Source: Chrysomallon squamiferum
Taxonomy: Eukaryota; Animalia; Mollusca
Reading direction: 5' to 3'
Assembly: GCA_012295275.1 (NCBI GenBank)
Contig: CM022671.1
Coordinates: forward strand, 28,210,001 to 28,274,000
DNA: 64,000 bases
The position numbers and the translations under genes are program-made. How positions within the stretch are numbered: position 1 is the stretch's first letter; the number at the start of each line of letters is the position of its first letter. Shown here one piece after another: positions 53,132-64,000 of the stretch. The notes below the pieces were generated by a model. That model did no database searches, had not been told where the DNA came from, and worked only from the letters and a program-made list of their open reading frames with translations.

Positions 53132-55108
53132 TTTTGATACTGATATTCAGCACAGTTAGTTGAAGACGCATAGAATAAAAAGAAAGAAAGAAAAAAAGAA
53201 ACGAAATACAGCCATTAGTGTTACAGGGTTAAAACCTCTAGTGTTTACCTTTACAGTGTTTAGCCGTGGTCAACGTTTGCGTCTTAAATGATGTAATTGT
53301 GGATGTGTCAGTCAATCATCGAAATTCTTAAGTCATAATGACCAAGATGGCCCGAGGACGAAGTCATTTTTATTAGTTGTGTACAACTTATTATCTTCTA
53401 CTACTTCAGCAGTTTATGCAACAAATTTGTATCTTACAAAACATCGAATGTTGTTTCGTCATTCTCGAATATATCAACAATGTGATAAGACAACAATATA
53501 GTTAATTTGAACTAAGATAAGAATAACATTACAAGCATATTTAAGCTGTATTGTTATGATACTTTTGTTCTGATGGTTTCTTTACACCTAACAATGACCT
53601 CGTTCTCTCTGGATAGACCAAGTGGGTAGAACGCCCTTCTCATTCCATCTGACATAAGACTAGGATTACAAGTTGTACAGTGACCGACCGAGACACATTC
53701 TAGTGGGAAGGTGTTACATATTTGAGTTTAGTCATTAATTAAATATTACTGTAACCCTAGGCTTCCATCCTACTAACGATATATTTATAATTATATATTT
53801 GTGTGCGTGTGGACTTGTGCATGCATAGGTATATACGTATGTACGTATGTGTATTCGTGTGTGCCTGCCAATGTACATATTTATATTAGAAATATCATAA
53901 CAACTATATTTCTTTTTATCCGTTTTTTTTACTTTTTTAATTAAAAGTAATACATTTTTAATTCTTACTTATTTTAGTGAGTAATGAAAGTATCCTTGAT
54001 CCAACTGCTGCAATAATGAACAGAACTGTCGTATATACAACACATATCCCTAACGTCAATAAGCTTCTGATGGAGGGCACGTCTTTCTTTAATGCCGCAT
54101 CTTCAACTTTCAGGTGCGAAGGAATCATTCTTTTAGCCGGGGCTTTCAGTTTTTGGTGAGCTTTACGACTCGAAAAGCGACAGTAAATATACGTAGACGA
54201 AAATGGGTAAGCTCGGATGCAGTCAGACAGAACAAATTTCTGCCAATTGAAAAATAAATAAATAAATAAATAAATAAATAAATGATATTACATTTTAAAA
54301 CTTATTAATTAATTTATTGATTCTGAATAGATTCATTATATAAATATGATGCAACCAAATTAATAAAATATTAAGAATAATTATAAAACAATTTTGTGAT
54401 TTGGCTAATACCAGTTTTAAAGAAAAAAAATACTAAAACTGCCAGTCTTTCGAAAACATTTAGTATATCTTTTTAATGACAGAAAAACAATAACATTATT
54501 TTATATTATCTGCCTGATATTCTTTGCAAGTGACTGTCAGATATTTTAATTACTGTACTAACAAATATTACTAAACATCTAACGATACAATAATTCAGTT
54601 AATTTTCTTTTTATTCTTTAATTCTAGATCTTTCACAAAGAACCAATCAGTATTTCGAAATTAATCAAATAATAATTTGATAAAACTGCCCTTATATCTG
54701 TATTGTAATCAGTATTTCGTCTGCCTATTTATGTAAGTGTCTGACTCATAGAAATCGGTATTAAAAAGTAAATATACAAGTACTAAATACAAACACAAAT
54801 ACACATGGATATACATACATACATACATACATATATATATATATATATTTGTGCTTATATTTTTATTGTATATTTTTGTATCTACAGATGCACATTTATA
54901 TGATATTTATTTTCACCTAAGCTACACATAAATACATATACAGTAACATAGAACTATATTAGTTAACACACAAGCCAATTATTACCTTGTAGTTCACTTC
55001 CTCACTTTTGTCTGATGTATCGTCATCAAACGGTAACAATGAATAAATGCTGTTCAGAGTTTTTGAACATGCACAAAAAGTAGGAATTCTATGTTCGCTC
55101 GATTCCAT
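52423..55108 (-). CDS. Putative orphan membrane protein, 198 aa, 4 coding exons
   Basis: Exons 55108-54986 (MESSEHRIPTFCACSK..DDDTSDKSEEVNYK), 54239-53969 (KFVLSDC..SLLTLGICVVYTTVLFIIAAVGSRILSLLTKI), 53050-52937 and 52511-52423. All are GC-richer islands bounded by AG/GT. Phases 0, 1 and 1 join without stops. No recognisable homolog. Confidence 0.55.
52564..52630. repeat. (AG)n microsatellite
   Basis: Seen directly. Confidence 0.95.
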
Positions 55109-57633
55109 TTAACCTTTACCTAACATTTCTTCTCTTGTAATAATCGTGTCATGATACTAATGTTATTTTGTCAGTTTTCTTTTACCTCTTGTAAGCAGTT
55201 TTGATTATTCGAACTGACTGATGATACCAGGTCAGTTCAAATGGACAAGTAGAGTAGACGAGACCAGCACATGTTGCTTCATGCGTGACCTTCAGTTCAC
55301 AGTGGTAATGAACTGATGTTCAGCAAAGCTTAAACGCTTTCCTCTACCTATATATAATAATTTATACATCGGACTTCGAATGCTCTGACTCGCTGCGTCA
55401 CCGAATGTCGACAGCTGTCGTCAGATACCTTGTTAATCGATGCATATATTTTGCCCAAAGAGCAGTGTCACTATAGTTTATCTAAATGTGATAATGTGCT
55501 TTCCTCCAAATTGGTGGGAAGGTATATATAAATGATATCTTACTGCTAACAGAATAGCCAACAGAAGTGACAGAATATATTTGACATCTTATTAACGATT
55601 AACAATACAATATGCTGATATATCATTAAACAAATATTCAGTGAAATATACTAGTCAAACGTTTATTCTTTATATCATGTTCCTTATTATTAAGTATTTG
55701 GTTTATCTTAAAGTAAGACAATATGATAATGTGAAGTTTTAGTTCGTTTTTGTACTCTGTGTGTATGTATGTGTGTGTGTGTGTGTTAAGGTTTGCAATA
55801 ACATTGTATAAGATTTAAAATAAAATAATGTTAACATTTTAATTTATTTATTTTAAATCAGCAGTATTTTATAATCACTACGATTCACGATCAAATAGAA
55901 TATCTGAGACTTGATATAATATGTCACAAGATCCAACTATGATTCGCGTGTGGGCATTAATAATAATAAAACGAAGAAGAAGAACAAGAAATAACTTTTT
56001 CATTATCATTTGAAATATATTTATTGCATCATTAAAATAATTTTTAAATAAATAAGCAACAACATTTTATCATATGTATTCTATTATCATTTTTGTTCTC
56101 AAGGGAAATAACCCGGATATTGAAGAGCTCTTCCGAATACTCTTCGTCTGCACATATTGTCAGGGATGGAGAAATCCGAAAATATTACAATAACGTAATT
56201 AGTTTTTCATTTTTATTTTTTTTAATCAATCAAACTGTAATAAGAAATACAATATCAGTAATTGTTAATTTATATAAATAGTTTTGGTATAGTTAATATA
56301 GAATGTACAGATGCCAGATACATAAAAGTTACCGGAAGAATACCGTAAATTATCTTATAAAAGTAGCATATAGCTCTTTAAGGAAATATTTAATAGCTGT
56401 GACAAAGAATTTTAATTTTCTCACTTGATTGACATTAATTAAGCCCCCAAATTACCTTTCTTGTTCAATTTTGTATGATATCTATATTTTTAAAGTTCAT
56501 TAATTACCATTCTTGTTAAGTTTTGTAAAATATTGATATTTTTAAAGATTTGTAGTGATGTAATAAAGTAGGTAGGTGAAAACATTTTCACTATTATTAT
56601 TTTCCTAAAACATTATGAATCATTAGAAAGAAATACAAATTCATATTAAAATGACACCAAGATCTCTTTGATAGCATTGATATGAAGAAAGTTATGAATT
56701 TTTATTGAAATAAAATTTGCGGGTATTTTTCCTTCATAAACTACTGAGAAAGTGTGATTCATTTGTGTCATTTTGCAGCATAAACACTGAATAACTCTTA
56801 TAGCTTCAATCAACTATACATGTATTATATATCAAAATGAGTTGAATCTGTTGAAATTTAGCACAATAGTAGTTAATAAGCATATCTATACTGGAAACAT
56901 ATTTTGATTGCTGGACTCATCCAAGATTTTTCCAGTGATTGATGACTTTCTGATGTTTCCAGAAAGATGTTTTCATCAAAAGTTTGATAAACTTCTCCTT
57001 GATCAATATCAAAAAATTGAAGGCGAGGTTGTAGCAAGATATGTATACCATTTCATCAAACTAAGTTTCTTCCAAAAGATTTTAAAAATGGATCCTCAGA
57101 AAGGAATTTTTGAAGACTTTGGGAGCAAAATGGGTTAATTGGATATACCTAAATAAAGTAATCATTTAAAGACTTCTGTGGTATTGGAACCCCAACAACA
57201 GAAAAACCCAACTATATATTCTTAAAAATGAACAAATGATACAAATAATGTCATGTAGTTGTGTATATTGCAGTAAAATATTAGGTAGTCATCCATTTCA
57301 GACATTAATGTTAAAAGATTCAGTATCAAATTTTTTCTGCATACATTATATCTAATTCAGTAAAAAAATCCAAAAAACAACAAATACCAAAAAATCATAC
57401 ATACTTTTATACAGAATAATTCATTTGTTGTACCAGTGGTTTATTGTAAAGTTGTCATATCTTCAGTCCATTGTAATTTTTTAGGTTTATATTTAATTCA
57501 TTAGCTATTGAATATTTTTATTAAGCATAAATATTCAAATATATTTATATATATATATTTTATTATTATTATCTTTTTAATTTTCAGGTTTTAAATGTAT
57601 TTATATTTATGGATAATGTAGAAAATCAGAGTC

Positions 57634-58638
57634 ATGGGTCTGTTCAAAGTTATTTTTGGAACAGTAACTTTTGTTGTTCCTGTGACAGCAGCATTCTGTG
57701 ATGTTGTTGGCTATGTTGCTAAGGTGGAAGGGGCATCAATGCAGGTTTGTGTGTGTTTATGTATATACAAATAAAAATATATTTATTGAAAATAAGACAC
57801 CCTATAGAGTATATAAAAATTAAAACAAATTGTAGTGATGTTTTTTTTATTTTTAATGTATAGTATATTGTGAGACTTTTTCTGTTCAACATACACCTTT
57901 GTTGGGGAGTATACAACTATGATGCTGTATTGAGCCAGTGTACTAATCAGACACATGAACATCCTGTCAGCTTATCATTTATGGCTAAGTGAACCACAGT
58001 AACAACATGATATAGCATTGAAGCTCCAGGGTCTTGAACTCACAATCTTTTTGTTACGGGTCCAAGGCGCTAATACTCTATAGTTCTTTTTCCAAAATAA
58101 GTAAACTTACAAAACATTTCTGTTCCTTAGTATTTATAAATTAAAAAATTAAAAATAATTACAAGTTATGATTTTGAAGATGATATCTGTTGCAATTATT
58201 TTCTTTTATCAAGTCCCTATATTTGGTTTCTCAAAGGGCATATTTTAATGGTGATCAAAACAGGTTGCAAGTTAAATGGAAGATTTTCTATACTAAAATT
58301 GTTGCAAATCAATTTGTCTGACATCTAATAACTTTTAAAGAAAAATATATTATTGTGCCTTTTTTGTAAAATACTGATGAAAAATTAATTTCTGAAGAAT
58401 TTATTGTTAATAGATATTATACAATTTAAAAAAACCCTAATGACAACCATAAATCTCCACTAGATATTGTATGTAAAATAGGTAAAAAAAATTATGATTT
58501 TGAAAAATTTTGTGTTTTTATTTTATTTCATTAGCCTGTTTTGAATCCAGATGATAACAGTTGTACAGACTGGGTATTTTTAAGCCGATGGGCTGCAAGA
58601 TCGTTTGAGTTTAAGAGAGGAGAAATTGTTTCACTGAA
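57634..58638 (+). CDS. IMMP2L: Mitochondrial inner membrane peptidase subunit 2, first two coding exons (rest presumably beyond window)
   Basis: 57634-57744 gives MGLFKVIFGTVTFVVPVTAAFCDVVGYVAKVEGASMQ. 58535-58638 gives PVLNPDDNSCTDWVFLSRWAARSFEFKRGEIVSL. These match IMP2 VARVEGASMQ/PSLNP..RGDIVSL with the catalytic Ser and the same intron positions. Absent from the ORF track. Confidence 0.92.
57775..58190 (-). mobile_element. Duplicated segment containing a decayed tRNA-derived SINE-like sequence, copy 1
   Basis: Aligns with 59195-59655. The minus strand has a B-box-like gtgagttcaagaccctgg (about 58025-58043). Confidence 0.5.
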
Positions 58639-59194
58639 GTAAGTACATATTTCTTACAGTCATTTCAAGTTAACGGATTGCAGATATATTTGTCTTTTGA
58701 ATTATTTCTGGATCTGGGAGGTCTTCTATCTCTTTTAAATAACATTTTTCAAAATGTTATCAAAATATTCAAAATTCAAGGAGAAATAATTACTAAGTTT
58801 TATAAATTTTGAGTTATATTTGACTTTAATTTATTTAAAATTAAAAAAATGAATGATGCTATGATTATTTAAGTATTTGATTACTTTTAGTTATCATAAA
58901 TACTGTCATTTGGAATTTTATTAATGACATATTTTTTCTGCTAGAACTTCGTATTAAACATTATTTTGTTTTATGTTTATTTGGCAGTTTGTGTTATTTA
59001 AAATAAGGCATGTAAAAAATCTACAAAGACTGAGTTTCTGTTATATTACGCAGCAATTTACATAATTTATGTTCTTTGCCAACATTTCAGTTTATTCTGT
59101 TAAATAATTGCATATGTTTTTATAAAAGCTTTTCTTCTGATTAAAAAAAAAACAAAAACAAATAATAATCAAGCTGATGGAAGTGAAAAAGCTT

Positions 59195-59655
59195 TTTGTT
59201 TATTCAAAATAAGACCTTATAGAGTATAAAAAAATTAAAATTGCAGTGATGCTGTTTTATTTATAATAAATAGAATATTTCAGTATTATTTACTTACAAA
59301 CTTAATTAATATTATTATTATTATTATACTCAAAGCACACTATTTATTATTTCCCCGAGAGAGACCATTTCCTATACAACATACATCTCAGCAAACAGCC
59401 TATGCTGCTGTATTGATGTAGTTCACTAATCAAAAACATAATCATCCTTTATCATTTATGGAGAAGTGAACGACAGTAATAACATGATGTTGCATTGAAT
59501 CTCCAGGGTCTTGAACTCACAATCTTTTTATTATGGCCCAAGGCTCTTATTCTCTGTAGTTTGATTCCAGAATAAGTAAACTTATGAAATGTTTCCTTTC
59601 CTTACTATTTATAAATTAAAAAAACAAAAATAATTTTCAGTTATGATTTTTAAGA
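59195..59655 (-). mobile_element. Duplicated segment containing a decayed tRNA-derived SINE-like sequence, copy 2
   Basis: Shares ctccagggtcttgaactcacaatctttt, tgctgtattga, ttatcatttatgg..aagtgaac and AT-rich flanks with copy 1. Confidence 0.5.
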
Positions 59656-62600
59656 TAATAGTTAGAACTTAATAAACTGGCACATGTTGAGAGTTATCAG
59701 ATGTTAACATCAAAAGAACTTGATAAACTTGATAACTCACTTGATAACTCACTTGATAAAAACAAACTGAAATAAACTTAGCTTTATAAGTATATTGTTC
59801 TTTCAGAATAGGTTGGTGAAATGAACCATATTTTGCCCTGCAGATGAGATGAAGTTAGTTATTTGTTCCCACCCCTAGTCATCGTACCCTACTATGTTAA
59901 AGGTTTGAACACCTCTTTACACAGTTCTTTTCATTCTGAACAAAATGCATTTAGAATATAAAAATCTTATTATAATTAGGTATTTTAAAATATTGGGCTT
60001 AAAGAGCTCTTTCTGGTGAGCTGCAAGATCAGATCTAGATGGATCTACAAAAAATTAGACAGTATCTATATGCTAATTTCTTGAAATCTGTGCATTTTCA
60101 TGCTTCTGTTTGTGAAAGATATGAGCTAGCAAATCAGTATTTTATCAAAACGATGTTTGTTAATGTTTTTTTACTGAAAAATTGGAGAATGCTTTTATTA
60201 TTTGCAGTTATTGTTCTAAGATTAAATTTTGGTGCCTGTGCCTTATTTATGTAAATGAATAAAAAATATTGTGAAAACACAAGCATGCTGATAGTATTAA
60301 AATTTAATTATGGTTTGTGCTAATGTTTGTCTCATTTTATTTGTTAGATATAAATTTTATCAGAGTTCACATTTAAATTGGCGTAACTGTATGTGTATTC
60401 AAGAATGCACATGAAATTATAATGAAATGAGTATGATTAATATTTGTTGATTTTTAAAATTAATTATTTGGGGATGCAGACAAAAAATGAAAAAGAAATC
60501 TGTTTCAGTCATCAGTATTTGGCATTATATATTTTAACTGTTTGATTATATTACAATTTGTAAAATGTTGTATTTGTAAGCCAGTAGCTAAAGAAAGTAG
60601 TGGAATAACTTTTTCAGTTAAAATCAATCAGCTAAATAAATATTTTGTTTTTGTTAAGATAAAGAATCCTTGAATATAAAAGTATACCAAGTTAAACTAT
60701 TTTTTCTAGAATTTTTATAAAATAATTGTTTGGTATCATCTTCATTTAGCAACCCTGAAGTAAAAAAAAATGACAATAATTAAAAATAAAAGAAATAACA
60801 CATGTACGAATAAAAGCAAGATTTATTCATTTAAATGCATTGATTAATAAATCAGCACACATATTTTTATTATTTGCTGTAATTAGGGTTACAAATGATA
60901 GGATGTGGTGATAGTAAATATAAACATTATCTTGTGAGTTAAAAGAACATTCAGTTTCAGTAATACATGTACATATATAATTGAAAATTATTAAAATTTT
61001 ATTGAAAATTTAATGCACTAATCTACTGTAAAATTTGGAATTAAAGATAAATTAATCAACACTAATATAACTATATTGAATTTGGCATTTTATTCATAAA
61101 ATCAAAATGCTATTACTTATCAACAATCATCATGTATTCGCTAATGTTGAATCTAAAAACATTTAAAGAAATAATTAGCATGTGTGTTAGAATTGAATAC
61201 TAGAATTATCAACAGTATTTTGATTACCACAATAACACTGCAAATATTCACAGCAAAAATACAAATAATTATTATAGAGAGAAAGTAATCTTTTCAATTT
61301 TTAATTAATTAACAAAAATGAATCCTATCTGTTATATCTGATTTAAAATATTTTTAGATCAATTTACAATGCAGATTATATTTTTTTATTTAAAATTTAA
61401 TTAAAATTTTATCAAAGTAACTAAATTTGAGTGACATAGGTAATAAGTGAAAAAACTAATTCCTTATTTTGTTTCTAATATTTCTAATGGGAGAACAAGA
61501 TAATGATCTGTTACAAGTGTTATCATCATAATTATTATCATTTTAATGCTGAATAATATTGAATTGTTTTATTAAGTTTGTGTTTACTTGAATAAATTGA
61601 CAGTACAAAGCATAAAATTTAAAGACTTATACAGTGTTTCCTTGTACATGTTTGTATTTGGAAGGTTTTGTTAATTTTATAAAAAGGAAGATAAAGTAAA
61701 AAATTATTAAATACACATTTTCTGTATAAAATAAAAAAGTAAAATATGTATATACAAATTATGCATTAAATACTGGAAGAAATGGTATTAATTTGTTATT
61801 TTAGTAAACTGGCATCTGTGTTAAAGGAAACAATTTGGTATTTATTTCTTTTGTTATCAGTTCATTTTTCTACATCGTTCTGAATTCCTAAATACATGAA
61901 TAACTGTTGCCTTCAAATAATAAATTTTACTGCAAATTGAATATTCATTTAATTTCTTACAGCTGAATATTAAAGCTTGAATAGATAATTATCTATTTGA
62001 TTTTATTTTTGAACAACATATTGTTATCTTTCCAGATGTTTTGTTTTACTTTGAAAGAAGTAAATAATGGTATCAAAAATGTTTACCATATAAATATGTT
62101 CATACCAAATGATAATTACTATTTGTTTCCATGACAGACAATATAAATAAAATAATATTATAGTATTATATTAGTGCCATTTTCTATCTTTGGAAGATTT
62201 GTTGAGTCAGTATAAAAACATTTAAAATTAAAAATGTTATAAATATTTTTAAAATAATATGTTGGACCAAAGTTTTTATATACTATACTGCTATGGCCAT
62301 ATTATTTTATGTACAAAAATTTCTTAGATATATTTTTTATTATTCCACTTGGTTCTAAAAAACATTTTATTAGGTGAACATTTTAATAAGCAGTTACTTG
62401 CATCTAAATAAAAAATTAAACAATGAATTAAAAACTAAATACTTTACAAAAAACAACATTTCTGTGTTGTAGATAAAAAAATTTGAAAGATAGTTTCATT
62501 TAAACTATTTATGACTGTTAAAATGGTGATTAAAATATATATTAAAAAATATTAATAAAAAGTCAAAGGAAGCAGTGCCCTAATTCTGCTTCATTATATA

Positions 62601-63355
62601 TATAATGCTATATGTGATTAATTATTATTGCTAAAATTATTTAAATGAAAAACTGAAACAATTATTACACGAGAAAACATGTAACTAAAACAAAAAATTA
62701 AAGATTAAAAATTTACATAAACATTACACAAGTGAATCACAGAAATCAAAATCTGTCAGTGGGATATATACTCTGTGTGTCAAAGATTTAATTATTTTCA
62801 TCTTTATTAGGTATGTTCCTTGTATTATGTCATAATTATCACTACCAACCTCTAGTGTATATTAAAGCTGTGGTTTTTGTAATCAGCAATGTCTTTTTAC
62901 TTTAATATTCAGTAGCTGCAAATATTTAAATTCTGATTGAGAAATTGATTTTATTTTATTTTATCTTCTATAATTTCATTTAGGAAAAAAAAAAAAAAAA
63001 CCCAACAAACTTTTAATATAAAACACAATTTATGGAGTATATATATATCTTTTTGCGGAATGCTTGTAAAATATTTGATATAAAGCAGTCATATCACTAT
63101 TTGGGAAAAATAGTCTTTTCCATTTAATAATTTTAAAATATTTCTCGAGACAATATTATGAGGGATTTTTGGTTTGGCAGTGTATTTTTAATTTTCAGAG
63201 AAATGTAATTATCTTAAATAAGCAAAGTGTATGGTAAACAAATTCTTAACATTATTAAACTTAGTGAAATAAATTATTCTTGTATGTATAAAAATGTTCA
63301 TAATTTAGCAAATTAAATTCAGTGAAAATAGTGAAATTTATGCAGCCAGAAAATC

Positions 63356-64000
63356 TTAAATTTGTGAATTTGGTAGCAGAGCTGTTCTAGAGGAACATAG
63401 CTGTGGATTAGTAGGTTGATACAAGTTTTCCAAAGGAATCTGTGAAGCAGGATCTCCTTTTTCAATTGGAGGTTCACAGTATCCTTTTCTCTTACGAAAT
63501 CTTTTTAGAAATATGATGATGAAGCACAGCACTATGGTTGCCCCAACCACCGTACTTACACCAGCAATAATTTTTGATGTGGTGATGGTAGTAATACCTT
63601 TTTTAATGGTCATCTCATGTTCGGTGGTAATGTTTAAACAATGGACGATATATTCTTGCATGTACACTATGCATATTTCATATGTGGTGAGAGGCTTTAG
63701 TCCTCCTATGGTACATCTGTGTATGGCACTACTGAGATACAGTATTTGTGAATTGCTTTTGCTGCTTTCACGATAATGAAGCTGAAAGTCTTGTAAATGA
63801 AGCCGTGGTATTGAACCTCTCCATTCAACAGTTATAAAATTTTGTGAAATTGTAACAGGAACAATCTTAAGATCTTTTTGCATGACATGTAGTCTGGCTG
63901 AACTTACATCATAGCCCATTTGATTCCATGCTTCACAGCCGTATGTCCCTTCATCTGACTGCCTTATTCCACTCAGGAAAATTGCTGTTTCATCTAAAAG
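63356..64000 (-). CDS. LRRN: Leucine-rich repeat neuronal (LRRN-like) protein, C-terminal part (Ig end, FN3, TM, tail); 5' end beyond window
   Basis: The frame is open from the window edge. ..QSDEGTYGCEAWNQMG (Ig), ITVEW..GLKPLTTYEICI (FN3), TM IIAGVSTVVGATIVLCFIIIFL, tail IPLENLYQP resembling the LRRN IPLxxLYPP motif. Intronless here. The LRRs themselves are not in the window. Confidence 0.8.
   Translation of the reverse strand, partial: LLDETAIFLSGIRQSDEGTYGCEAWNQMGYDVSSARLHVMQKDLKIVPVTISQNFITVEWRGSIPRLHLQDFQLHYRESSKSNSQILYLSSAIHRCTIGGLKPLTTYEICIVYMQEYIVHCLNITTEHEMTIKKGITTITTSKIIAGVSTVVGATIVLCFIIIFLKRFRKRKGYCEPPIEKGDPASQIPLENLYQPTNPQLCSSRTALLPNSQI

Noticed and set aside
53600-53640. tRNA A-box-like tagaccaagtgggtagaacg
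   Set aside because: No B box or cloverleaf follows. At most a SINE remnant.
56908-57138. 76-aa ORF upstream of the first IMMP2L coding exon
   Set aside because: Non-ATG start, no recognisable homology and no consistent splice sites. Probably intronic or repeat-derived.

Overview
AT-rich, intron-rich animal genomic DNA, probably a mollusc or other lophotrochozoan (inferred from gene content, intron style and repeats). All gene models were assembled by hand from splice sites, and all homology calls come from remembered protein and RNA sequences, not database searches. Gene order: 3' end of CPT2 (+); an uncharacterised acidic/ankyrin-repeat gene (-) with a frame break in one exon; RSBN1/KDM9-like (-) head-to-head with a SET/NAP-family histone chaperone (+, with a U12-type first intron); RAD18 (+, with a MITE in an intron); a GH29 alpha-L-fucosidase-like gene (-) with several remodelled active-site residues; a 4-exon orphan membrane-protein gene (-) not recovered as a unit by the ORF track; and the 5' part of IMMP2L (+) with an LRRN-type Ig/FN3/TM gene apparently nested antisense in its intron. 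The most striking non-coding signal is three near-identical 140-nt box H/ACA RNAs with CAB-like loops (scaRNA candidates) in one CPT2 intron, whose two pockets match U2 U60 and U6 U9. Most short ORFs in the supplied track are microsatellite or antisense artefacts.
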